Shown: positions 1-10,000 of the stretch, one piece after another
Position numbering within the stretch: position 1 is the first letter of the stretch
How the letters are laid out: each line of letters opens with the position of its first letter
DNA from: Clostridiales bacterium
GTDB lineage: Bacteria; Bacillota; Clostridia; Oscillospirales; CAG-272
Reading direction: 5' to 3'
NCBI GenBank assembly: GCA_024693345.1
Contig: JAILLB010000122.1
Location: 38,523 to 102,522 of the forward strand
DNA: 64,000 bases
The notes under the pieces: model-generated
Database searches by the model: none
Told to the model about the DNA's origin: nothing
What the model saw: the letters and a program-made list of their open reading frames with translations, nothing else
Made by a program: the position numbers and the translations under genes

Positions 1-906
1 GTCAAGATATACCAAGGAGTCACACTCGGCGCATTGTCTACAAAGAGAGGACAGGAACTCGCAGGAGTGAAGAGACATCCTACAATCGGAGATAATGTCA
101 CAATTTACTCAGGTGCGTCAATCCTTGGCGGTGAAACTATCATTGGAGACAATGTCGTAATAGGCGGCAACAGTTTTATTACCAAATCTATTTCTGCCGG
201 TTCCAGAGTTTCAATGAGACAATCTGAACTGCTCATAAAAACAGGTGATCAGAAAAAGAAAGTTATTGACACAATAGTCTTTGATCTGGACGGGACACTC
301 CTTGATACCGCAGACGACTTAAAGAACAGCCTTAACAGGGTTTTGGTTAAGCGCAGATATCGCCCGGTGGACAAGGAGAGAACCATGCAATGTCTGGGCA
401 ACGGCGTCAGAAGACTCATAGAGTTGAACGTTCCCAACGGCTCAGACAATCCGGAATTCGAAACAATGGTTAAAGAGTTCAAGGACGATTATGTTGCAAA
501 TTGTGCAGTAGAAACAAAACCTTATGAAGGCATAATCAATGTACTGAAAGAACTCAAAAGAATCGGTCTGAAAACGGCAATAGTATCAAACAAGACAGAC
601 TACGCCGTACAGGAATTGAAAGTAAAATATTTCGGCAACCTTATAGACATAGCAGTTGGAGAGAGCGAACAGACTCCAAGAAAGCCTAACCCTCAAATGG
701 TTTACAAAGCGCTGGATATGCTTGGTTCTTCTTCTGAAAATGCAGTGTATATCGGTGATTCCGAAGTAGATATATTGACAGCCAGAAATTCAAATCTTGA
801 CTGTATATCTGTATCATGGGGTTTTAGAGACAAAGCCACTTTGATTCAGAGTGGGGCTGAAATGATTTTATCCAGTCCCGAAGACTTATTGAACATTATT
901 AACTGA
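1..906 (+). CDS. Hexapeptide-repeat acyltransferase C-terminus (serine O-acetyltransferase-like) fused in frame to a HAD-superfamily phosphatase (phosphoglycolate-phosphatase-like); 5' end lies outside the window
   Basis: Frame 1 is open from base 1; the tracked ORF 34..906 starts at an internal TTG. The N-part has beta-helix hexapeptide repeats (HPTIGDNVTIYSGASILGGETIIGDNVVIGGNSFI). From about residue 90 the HAD motifs appear: I FDLDGTLLDT, II VSNK, IV GDSEVD. There is no stop or start codon between the two parts. Confidence 0.75.
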   Translation, partial: VKIYQGVTLGALSTKRGQELAGVKRHPTIGDNVTIYSGASILGGETIIGDNVVIGGNSFITKSISAGSRVSMRQSELLIKTGDQKKKVIDTIVFDLDGTLLDTADDLKNSLNRVLVKRRYRPVDKERTMQCLGNGVRRLIELNVPNGSDNPEFETMVKEFKDDYVANCAVETKPYEGIINVLKELKRIGLKTAIVSNKTDYAVQELKVKYFGNLIDIAVGESEQTPRKPNPQMVYKALDMLGSSSENAVYIGDSEVDILTARNSNLDCISVSWGFRDKATLIQSGAEMILSSPEDLLNIIN

Positions 907-921
907 TTTGGAGGATCAATC

Positions 922-1635
922 ATGGACAAGCCAGCTTACAAAAGGGTATTGATTAAACTGTCGGGCGAAGCACTTGCCTCAAAGGACGGCATCATCGACT
1001 TTGACTACGTTGAGAAAGTATGCAAAGTCATAAAGAAATGCGTCGACATAGGAACACAGGTGAGCATCGTCGTGGGCGGAGGCAACATTTGGAGAGGAAG
1101 ACAGGGCGCAGGCATGGATCGAACACGTGCCGATCACATGGGAATGCTCGCAACGGTAATAAACTGTCTGGCACTTCAGGATGTTTTCGAGCACATGGAT
1201 GTACCGACAAGAGTAATGACTGCGGTAGACATGGAAAGATTTGCCGAGCCGTATATAAGAAACCGCGCAATCTCCCATTTAAACAAGGGTATTGTGGTTA
1301 TATTCGGTTGCGGAATCGGTTCGCCTTTCTTCTCAACTGATACAGCAGCAGTATTAAGAGCTGCCGAAATAAATGCGGATATAGCTCTCCTTGCAAAGAA
1401 CGTTGACGGTGTATATACAGCTGATCCAAAGAAAGATCCTAATGCAAAGAAAATACCACAGATTGAGTATATTGACATTCTCAGCAAAGGACTTGCCGCT
1501 CTCGACTTTACAGCGACATCATTCTCAATGGAGAATCACATCCCGATTTTGTTGTTTGGTCTGGACAATCCAGAGAACATATATAGAGCCGTTCTCGGCG
1601 AAAAAATAGGAACAATTGTAGGAGGCACAAAATGA
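922..1635 (+). CDS. pyrH: UMP kinase
   Basis: 237 aa. Motifs KRVLIKLSGEAL and VVGGGNIWRG. GGAGG RBS upstream. Conserved pyrH-frr order. Confidence 0.95.
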   Translation: MDKPAYKRVLIKLSGEALASKDGIIDFDYVEKVCKVIKKCVDIGTQVSIVVGGGNIWRGRQGAGMDRTRADHMGMLATVINCLALQDVFEHMDVPTRVMTAVDMERFAEPYIRNRAISHLNKGIVVIFGCGIGSPFFSTDTAAVLRAAEINADIALLAKNVDGVYTADPKKDPNAKKIPQIEYIDILSKGLAALDFTATSFSMENHIPILLFGLDNPENIYRAVLGEKIGTIVGGTK

Positions 1636-2186
1636 AACTTGACACAAATATTTACGAAGACAAAATGAAAAAGACGATTGCATCATACAGCACGTCTCTT
1701 GAAACAATAAGAGTAGGCAGAGCAAACCCCAATGTTCTCAGCCAGATCAAAATCGATTACTGGGGAGTTCCGACCCCTATCACACAGGTAGGCGACGTAA
1801 AAATTCCTGACGCAAGAACACTCCTCATTACCCCCTGGGACAAGAGTCTTGTCAAATCAGTGGAGAGAGCTATCAATGAGAGCAACCTCGGAATCAACCC
1901 TCAGAGCGACGGAACAAGCATAAGACTGTCATTCCCGTCACTGACAGAAGAAAGACGTAAAGAACTTCAGAAACAGGTCTCCAAGATGGGTGAAGAAGCA
2001 AAAGTTGCAGTACGTAACATAAGAAGAGATGCAATTGATGCAATAAGAAACATGAAAAAGAATTCAACCATCACAGAAGATGAGCAGAAGATTTCCGAAA
2101 AAGAAGTCCAGGATCTCACAGACAAGTATATTGTAGAAGTTGACAAGGTCACTGAAAAGAAGAACAAAGACATAATGGAAATCTAA
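1632..2186 (+). CDS. frr: Ribosome recycling factor
   Basis: 184 aa, with typical RRF length and sequence (IRVGRANPNVL, LTEERRKEL). ATGA start/stop overlap with pyrH. Confidence 0.95.
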   Translation: MKLDTNIYEDKMKKTIASYSTSLETIRVGRANPNVLSQIKIDYWGVPTPITQVGDVKIPDARTLLITPWDKSLVKSVERAINESNLGINPQSDGTSIRLSFPSLTEERRKELQKQVSKMGEEAKVAVRNIRRDAIDAIRNMKKNSTITEDEQKISEKEVQDLTDKYIVEVDKVTEKKNKDIMEI

Positions 2187-2233
2187 TCAAAGCGGCTGCA
2201 GGAGCAGCCGTATTTGAACATCAGGAGGATTCA

Positions 2234-2938
2234 ATGGCAGATAAAAAAGAAAACACCCTGAATCACATTTCCTTCATAATGGATGGAAACGGCAGATGGG
2301 CAAAAAGGCGTCTGCTGCCGCGTGAACTCGGTCACGTCGAGGGTGCAAAGAAGTTTAGAGAAATTGTCAGATACTGCATTGATGTATTGAACATCAAATA
2401 CGTATCTTGCTATGTCTTTTCAACCGAAAACTGGAACAGACCGAAGAGAGAAGTAGATGGCATTTTCAAGATATGCTATGACTATATGAATACATGCATC
2501 AAGGAAAATGAAGAGAACAGATTGCGTGTCAGATTCCTTGGAGACAGAAGTGTATTTTCACAGGAGTTCCAGGATAAAGTAGCAGAAACAGAAGAAGTAA
2601 CAAGTAAATGGGACAGAACACTTGGTGTTTGTATCAACTACGGCGGACAGGATGAAATCGTAAATGCTGTAAACAAACTCATTGCTGAAGGCAAAACCCA
2701 TATTACAAAAGAAGACATTACCAACAACATTTATACTGGGATAATGCCTCCTCCGGATATGATTGTCCGTACTGGAGGCGAATACAGATTGTCCAATTAT
2801 TTTATGTGGCAGTCCGCATATTCAGAACTGTTCTTCACGAAGACTCTCTGGCCTGATTTCTCTAAGAAGGAAGTCGATGAACTAATCGAGCAATATAAGA
2901 CACGTCAGAGAAACTTCGGAGGCGTAAAAAATGCTTAA
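2234..2938 (+). CDS. uppS: Undecaprenyl-diphosphate synthase (cis-prenyltransferase)
   Basis: Motifs FIMDGNGRWA and RTGGEYRLSNYFMWQSAYSELFF. Confidence 0.95.
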   Translation: MADKKENTLNHISFIMDGNGRWAKRRLLPRELGHVEGAKKFREIVRYCIDVLNIKYVSCYVFSTENWNRPKREVDGIFKICYDYMNTCIKENEENRLRVRFLGDRSVFSQEFQDKVAETEEVTSKWDRTLGVCINYGGQDEIVNAVNKLIAEGKTHITKEDITNNIYTGIMPPPDMIVRTGGEYRLSNYFMWQSAYSELFFTKTLWPDFSKKEVDELIEQYKTRQRNFGGVKNA

Positions 2939-3782
2939 AAGAATTCTGACGGCTGTTATAGCTCTTGCAGTATTCGTTCCTGTCTTGGTTTTTTCAGGGG
3001 CCGAAGTAGGCAAATACATTTTCATAGGTTTGATTTTCCTTTTGACCATGATGGCTTTGTTTGAGTCAAGCAAATGCATTGGATTAAGCAAAAAGTTCTG
3101 GATCATCATCCCTGTATTTGTATTTTCCGCAGCCCTGATGGTCGCCATAACCATATTTGGCGATGCTCCTTGGCTGAAACAGTATGGGTTAGCAGCTGTA
3201 ATCTGTTTTGTGTTTATCATACTGTCGGTATCCATGTTATCCAGAGGCGTTGTAAGAATTGCTCAGACAGCAGAATTGTTGACGCTTGCGTTCTATATTG
3301 TATTTGGCTTTACAAGCATCGTTCTTTTAAGATACTCTACGGATACATATGGAAACTATTTGTACCTGCTGGTGTTTATAGGTGCATGGTTGACTGATAC
3401 CGGAGCATATTTTGTGGGCCGTTTTCTCGGCAAACACAAGCTCATACCGACGGTCAGCCCCAAAAAAACAGTTGAGGGTGCAATAGGCGGAATTGTTGTA
3501 TGCATCATTTCATTTGTTGTATTCGGTCTGATTGTAAGCAATATCCATTCTCTCCAAGTGAACTGGGTTGCACTGATTATTGCAGGCCTCGTTGCATCTG
3601 TATTGTCTCAATTCGGCGATTTGATTATGTCATATCTAAAGAGAGAACACGGAATCAAAGATTTTGCAACAATCTTGCCGGGACACGGCGGAATACTTGA
3701 CAGATTTGATTCCGCAATTCCGGTATCGGTTTTCTTATTTGTATTAAACGCAGTTTGCAAGGTGATGATTTTCTATGAGTAA
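2931..3782 (+). CDS. cdsA: Phosphatidate cytidylyltransferase (CDP-diglyceride synthase)
   Basis: Polytopic membrane protein with the CTP-transferase signature SYLKREHGIKDFATILPGHGGILDRFDS. Confidence 0.93.
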   Translation: MLKRILTAVIALAVFVPVLVFSGAEVGKYIFIGLIFLLTMMALFESSKCIGLSKKFWIIIPVFVFSAALMVAITIFGDAPWLKQYGLAAVICFVFIILSVSMLSRGVVRIAQTAELLTLAFYIVFGFTSIVLLRYSTDTYGNYLYLLVFIGAWLTDTGAYFVGRFLGKHKLIPTVSPKKTVEGAIGGIVVCIISFVVFGLIVSNIHSLQVNWVALIIAGLVASVLSQFGDLIMSYLKREHGIKDFATILPGHGGILDRFDSAIPVSVFLFVLNAVCKVMIFYE

Positions 3783-4938
3783 TGAAGAAAGAATATCCAT
3801 ACTTGGCTCAACCGGTTCCATCGGAGTTCAGGCACTCGAAGTGGCTGAACATCTAGGCATGCCTGTTGATGGCATTGCATTTGGAAGAAATGTTGATTTG
3901 GCATCAAAACAAATTGAAAAATACAAGCCAAAATACTGTGCAGTTTCAAGCGCTGTCGTTGATGATGTCATAAAAGATGCTGCAAAAAAGAACAACACAA
4001 AAATATTCTGCGGTCCCCAGAGCATTGATGAAATGCTGTCAAATGCACGCTCAAGTGTATGTATTAACGGAATCGGAGGAATAGCAGGACTATTGCCGAC
4101 AATCAGTGCACTCAAACACTGCAGACGACTTGGTCTTGCAAATAAAGAGTCTCTGGTTGCAGCAGGCAATGTAATTGCTGCAACATCACTCAAATATGGT
4201 TCGCATATTGTCCCAGTCGACAGCGAGCATAGTGCAATTTTCCAGTGTCTTAACGGTGAACCGCCCGAGAATATTGACAGGCTAATAATCACTTGTTCCG
4301 GAGGTGCCTTCTACGGATATACAAGAGAACAGCTTGAAAAAGTCACACCAGAACAGGCAGTTACTCATCCTAACTGGAAGATGGGCAAGGTCATAACCGT
4401 CAACTGTGCCACATTAATGAACAAAGGACTGGAAGTAATTGAAGCTTCCAGACTCTTCGGTATACCTGATGAAAAGATTGATGTTCTGATTCACAGAGAA
4501 AGCATCATCCATTCAATGGTAGAGTTCAAAGATGGAACAATAAAGGCAGAGATGTCTGCACCTGACATGCGTTTCCCGATTCAATACGCAATCGAGTATC
4601 CGTTCAGAACCGAGTCTTGCGGAAAGAGAATCAAGCTTCAGGATATAGGCAAACTCACATTCAGTGAGCCTGACACAGAAACATTCCCGTTGCTTGCACT
4701 CGCAAGGGAAGCACTCAGAAAAGACGGCATTATTCCTTGTGTGCTCAACGCAGCAAACGAAACGGCAGTTGAACTGTTCCTGGAAAGAAAGATCAAATTG
4801 ACCGACATTAATGAAATAGTCGCTCATGTGACTAACTCATTCAATAATTTAACTAACCCGTCATTGGATGACATTCTGAAGGCCAATGACGAGGCAAAAT
4901 CAATAGCAAAGGAATATTCGAAGAAGTTCATTTCATGA
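3775..4938 (+). CDS. dxr: 1-deoxy-D-xylulose-5-phosphate reductoisomerase
   Basis: ILGSTGSIGVQAL NADPH-binding start, plus NKESLV, DSEHSAIFQCL and HPNWKMG. Confidence 0.95.
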   Translation: MSNEERISILGSTGSIGVQALEVAEHLGMPVDGIAFGRNVDLASKQIEKYKPKYCAVSSAVVDDVIKDAAKKNNTKIFCGPQSIDEMLSNARSSVCINGIGGIAGLLPTISALKHCRRLGLANKESLVAAGNVIAATSLKYGSHIVPVDSEHSAIFQCLNGEPPENIDRLIITCSGGAFYGYTREQLEKVTPEQAVTHPNWKMGKVITVNCATLMNKGLEVIEASRLFGIPDEKIDVLIHRESIIHSMVEFKDGTIKAEMSAPDMRFPIQYAIEYPFRTESCGKRIKLQDIGKLTFSEPDTETFPLLALAREALRKDGIIPCVLNAANETAVELFLERKIKLTDINEIVAHVTNSFNNLTNPSLDDILKANDEAKSIAKEYSKKFIS

Positions 4939-5966
4939 TAGTATTGTACATACTGATAGCAATCCTTTTATTCGGCTTCCTGATATTTGTCCACGAACTC
5001 GGGCACTACACATTTGCACGTATTTTTCACGTAACAATTGAAGAATTTGCTTTGGGGATGGGACCGAAAATTCTGTCCAGAGTTTCAAAGAAAACAAACA
5101 TAAGGTATTCTTTGAGATTGTTTCCCATTGGCGGATTTGTAAGCATGCCGGGGGAGGATGAAGTATCTGAAGACCCGAATTCATTCTACAACAAACCTGT
5201 ATACCAGAAAATCATAATAACAATTGCGGGCGGACTGACTAATATCGTTGTCGGTTTTATAGTCATGTTCTTTATCGTTGCTTTTTCAGCTCAACTATTT
5301 GCTCCGAAAGTATCAAACTTTGCCGAGTGGTCGACATCAAATACTTATGGACTTAAAGAAAACGATGTAATTGTCCAGTTTGCCGGAAACAACGTTCATA
5401 CTGCTTATGAACTCGCATATGACATTCAGTGGAAGGGTGCAAACCCTGTTGATATTGTTGTCGAAAGGGATGGAGAAAGAGTTGTACTGCACGATGTTGT
5501 TTTTCCTACAGAAAATGCATCTGGGATTGATATTGGCGTAAGAGATTTTAACTTTACTGAGACTGACAAGACGTTAGGAATGGTGATAAAAGATTCGTTC
5601 TACCGTTCCATCGTATCAATACGAATGGTGTATGATTCACTGTGGGGACTGATAACTGGAAAGTTCAATATTAATCAGATGTCAGGCCCGGTTGGAATCA
5701 CCAAGGTAATGGTCGAAGCAGCGGAAACAAGTGCAACGTCACTGTTCAGTATATTCGTCATAATTGCCATGAACTTAGGAATATTCAATTTGCTTCCAAT
5801 ACCCGCACTCGACGGAGGCAGAATTCTCATAATGCTTATCGAGTGGATAACAAAGAAGCGAATAAGCATGAAAGTACAGGGAATAATGAACATGGTTGTT
5901 TTTGCTCTCCTGATTCTCCTTATGCTGTACGTTACGTTCAAAGATATTTTAAGTTTCTTCAATTGA
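4935..5966 (+). CDS. rseP: RIP site-2 zinc metalloprotease (RseP/RasP family)
   Basis: HELGH zinc motif in TM1 and NLLPIPALDGG C-terminal motif. Conserved position after dxr. Confidence 0.9.
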   Translation: MIVLYILIAILLFGFLIFVHELGHYTFARIFHVTIEEFALGMGPKILSRVSKKTNIRYSLRLFPIGGFVSMPGEDEVSEDPNSFYNKPVYQKIIITIAGGLTNIVVGFIVMFFIVAFSAQLFAPKVSNFAEWSTSNTYGLKENDVIVQFAGNNVHTAYELAYDIQWKGANPVDIVVERDGERVVLHDVVFPTENASGIDIGVRDFNFTETDKTLGMVIKDSFYRSIVSIRMVYDSLWGLITGKFNINQMSGPVGITKVMVEAAETSATSLFSIFVIIAMNLGIFNLLPIPALDGGRILIMLIEWITKKRISMKVQGIMNMVVFALLILLMLYVTFKDILSFFN

Positions 5967-5976
5967 GGTGTTTGCC

Positions 5977-7059
5977 ATGGATTACAATTCTATAAGAAGA
6001 AAAACAAAAGTGGTCAAAGTCGGAAAACTTCACATAGGATACGGCAATCCTATTGCTGTTCAGTCCATGCTCAATACAGACAGCCACGATATTGAAAAAT
6101 GCATTCTTCAGACTAAAAGACTGATCGATGCAGGATGCGACATTGTCAGGGTTGCTGTACCTGATATGTCATGTGTAAAAACAGTCGCAGCCATCAAGGA
6201 AAAATATCCGGATTTGCCTCTTGTTGCAGACATCCATTTTGACTACAAGCTTGCAGTAGAATCTGCAGCTGTCGGAGTTGACAAAATAAGGATCAATCCA
6301 GGCAACATAGGTGAACAGGAAAACATCAAGGCAGTAGTAGATGCTTGTAAACCGAGAAATATTCCTATAAGGATAGGAGTAAACAGCGGTTCTCTTGAAA
6401 AGCATCTGCTTGAAAAATTCGGTTCACCCACACCGGAAGCTCTCGCAGAGAGTGCATTGTTTAACGCAAGTCTTCTTGAGATATTTGACTATGATGATAT
6501 TGTCATATCTATAAAATCCAGTTCGGCAACAGGAACTTTCCTGGCAAACAAGATTGTAGCAGAGAGATGTAATTATCCTCTGCATATAGGCGTCACTGAA
6601 AGCGGTTGCGGAGACGATGCGTTGATTAAATCATCATCAGCCCTCGGAGCATTATTGCTGAACGGAATCGGTGACACAGTAAGAATATCTTTGACGGATG
6701 CACCTGAAAAAGAAGTAAGTGCAGCAAAAAAACTTCTTATTTCGCTCGGCTTTTCTGATGAAAAACACATCGAAGTTGTTTCTTGTCCGACTTGCGGAAG
6801 AACGCAGATTGATCTTGTTCCCATAGTCAATGAACTGAAATCAAGGATATCTGAACTGAAAGACATAAAAAGAAGTCTCAAAGTTGCAGCCATGGGATGC
6901 ATTGTCAATGGTCCGGGCGAGGCAAAAGAGGCAGATATTGGATTTGCAGGCGGCAAGAAATGTGCAATGTTGATCAGACATGGCGAAATCGTTCGCAAGA
7001 TAGATGAATCCGAAATAACAAATGTATTAATTGAAGAAATAAAGAAACTGGTTTATTGA
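5977..7059 (+). CDS. ispG: 4-hydroxy-3-methylbut-2-en-1-yl diphosphate synthase
   Basis: GcpE family. Fe-S ligand regions CPTCGRT and GCIVNGPGE. I moved the start to ATG 5977, which has GAGGTG 6 nt upstream, rather than the tracked GTG 5968. Confidence 0.93.
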   Translation: MDYNSIRRKTKVVKVGKLHIGYGNPIAVQSMLNTDSHDIEKCILQTKRLIDAGCDIVRVAVPDMSCVKTVAAIKEKYPDLPLVADIHFDYKLAVESAAVGVDKIRINPGNIGEQENIKAVVDACKPRNIPIRIGVNSGSLEKHLLEKFGSPTPEALAESALFNASLLEIFDYDDIVISIKSSSATGTFLANKIVAERCNYPLHIGVTESGCGDDALIKSSSALGALLLNGIGDTVRISLTDAPEKEVSAAKKLLISLGFSDEKHIEVVSCPTCGRTQIDLVPIVNELKSRISELKDIKRSLKVAAMGCIVNGPGEAKEADIGFAGGKKCAMLIRHGEIVRKIDESEITNVLIEEIKKLVY

Positions 7060-7069
7060 GAGAATACCG

Positions 7070-10000
7070 ATGAATATTAAAGACAAGTTTCCGGATTTTA
7101 CACCCGGCAAAGGGCTAATGGAGGCGGCAGTCAATTCAAATATTCTGAGCATACGAGTCGACAAAGAGAAAAAACTACTTGAACTTGACGTGGAATTCGA
7201 TTCTCTACACAGCAAGAGAAAGATTATTTTCCCAATGGAAATTGGTCTCGCAAAAGCATACAAGCTTACCGGAGCCACAATTCATCCAAAATATAAGAAG
7301 GAATTGTTCGAGCCCGACTATTTGAATGAAATACTGGATGACCTCAAGAGAAAAAACATAATATCAGACATCTTTGTATCCGAAGTGGTTTATGACAGTG
7401 CAACAAATAATGTTGTGGTCAGAGCATCATTCGGATTTGCCGGCGCGGACTTTGTCAGAAAAACGGATATCTCGAGAGTCATTGAAGATATAATCTACAA
7501 AGAATTCGGATTCAATATCGGAGTTGTTGTAGATGATGGTTCAGATATGGATCCCGAATACGAAGAGAGTATTCTGCGTGAAAGAGAAGTAAAGTACAAA
7601 GAGATATATGAGACCACAGCGGCTGCTTTCGTAGAAAAAAAGCCGTTTATTGGCGACCAGCCGAAAGAATACATGAAAGATGACAGAGGATATCACTATG
7701 TCGGAAACATGGTATTCGACACAAGTTCTGCAAAGATTATCTGGGGCAAATCTTTTGATTTTACTCCAACCCCTGCAGGCTTTGTATGCAAGCCTTTCAG
7801 CAACATTGTCGTAATGGGACAGATTTGTGCTTTCGAGATGAGAGAGACAAGAAACCACGGCAAGATATACACATTTACCGTTACCGATGATGAAGGTGCA
7901 GTACTCTGTAAAATAACCGGAGTCAACAACGAAGATGTTGACAACCTTAACAACGGATTCTGTGTTGCAATTCACGGAAAAGTTGAACGCGATGAAAAAG
8001 ACATTAACAGGGAACTGACGCTGTTTCCTCAGGACATAGCAATCATAAAGAGAGTATACAGGGAAGACACTTATCCGGGCAAAAAGAGAGTTGAACTCCA
8101 TCTTCATACAATCATGTCTGCAATGGATGCTGTTTTAACCCCAACACAAGCAGTTGAGACCGCGTTGCGCTGGGGACATACGGCTGTTGCAATAACAGAC
8201 CATGGTGTCGTTCAGGGCTATCCTGAGGCTATGCACGCTGCCGAGAAGAAGGACATTAAAATTCTTTACGGCATGGAAGGTTATCTAGTCGAAGAAAACC
8301 GTGCCGTTTTTGGGAAAAAGAATCAGAGCCTGAATGATGAGTTTGTCATCTTTGATATAGAAACGACAGGCCTTATTCCGACAAAAGACAAGATTATTCA
8401 AATCGGTGCTGAAATAATAAAGAACAACGAGGTTGTTTCTACATTCCAGACAATGGCTGATCCGGAAATGCAGATTCCAGAATTTATCACGAATCTTACC
8501 GGAATAACCGATGAAGATGTCAAAGGCGCACCATCTCAAAAAGAAGCAATCCAGAAGTTTCTCGAGTATGCTGGAGATAGGGTTCTTGTTGCTCACAATG
8601 CAGGATTCGATACCAGTTTCATAAGGGTTGGTGCTCAGAATAATGGTTTGGCTTTCGATAATACATATATAGACACACTGGCTATATCCAGGTTTGTCAA
8701 CCCGACATTGAAAAAGCACAAACTTAACAACCTTTCAGAATATTACAAACTAGGCGATTTTGATCACCATAGAGCTGATGCAGATACAGAGATGCTTCGA
8801 CACATTTTTACAAAGATGGTATCCGGGCTTGTCAACGAAGGTATCAACACAATCAGTGACCTTGAGTCTGCAATGGCAAAATCATCGGATTCTTCAAAGG
8901 TTAAGCCTTACCACGTGTCATTGCTCGTCAAAGATAAAGTAGGCCTTAAAAACCTCTATAAATTGGTTTCATACGGGTATATTGAATACTTCAACAGAGT
9001 ACCAAGAATACCGAAGCTCGTGCTTCAGACACACAAAGAAGGGCTTATAATAGGTTCTGCATGTGAAAGGGGCGAGATATTCCAGGCTATTTATTCAGGT
9101 AAGAGCTGGGATGAAATAAAGTCCATTGCTGAACTATACGATTACCTTGAAATAATGCCAGTTTCAAACAACAGATTCTACGTAAGAAACGGGTCAATGT
9201 CCGAAGAAGATCTGCGGAATATTAACCGCCAGATAGTCAAACTCGGCGAAGAGATGAACATTCCGGTTGTTGCGACTGGAGATGTGCATTATCTGAATCC
9301 ATGGGACAGTGTCTGCAGAAGAGTTCTTCAGCGCGGAATGAAATATTCAGAGCTGGAAGAAGACGAAGAACTGTACTTCAAAACCACCGATGAAATGATG
9401 AAAGAATTCTCATATCTCGGTGAGAAAAAAGCATATGAAGTTGTTGTTGAAAACACGAACAAAATAGCCGACTCAATTTCAGGAGACATCAAACCATATC
9501 CTGACGGAACTTTCACGCCTAAAATGGAAGGCGCAGAAGATGACCTTCACAACATCTGTTATCAGACAGCAGAAAGTATATATGGAAATCCGCTTCCTGA
9601 AATAGTTAAGACGCGACTGGACAAAGAACTGGACTCCATTATAGGCAATGGATTTGCAGTACTGTATATGATAGCCAGAAAGCTTGTAAAATACAGCGAG
9701 AGTCAAGGATACCTTGTTGGTTCCAGAGGCTCAGTGGGATCTTCATTTGTTGCTTCCATGGCAGGCATCACGGAAGTAAATCCGCTTCCGCCTCACTACG
9801 TTTGCCCGAATTGTAAGCATTCGGATTTTTCAGTTCAGAATGAAGTAGGTTCAGGTTTCGATCTTCCTGAAAAGAATTGTCCTATATGCGGAACACCATA
9901 TAACAGCGACGGACATGATATACCATTTGAAACTTTCCTTGGATTCTACGGAGATAAGTCACCGGATATCGACCTTAACTTCTCAGGTGAAGTTCAGACA

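Noticed and set aside
7541-8107. 188-aa ORF antisense to polC. Similar long antisense ORFs occur at 18031-18507, 20705-21265, 42392-43030, 51006-51530 and 58713-59306.
   Set aside because: Each lies entirely inside a well-supported conserved gene on the opposite strand. None has an RBS, and the translations are low-complexity or Ser/Leu/Phe-rich, as expected of shadow frames.
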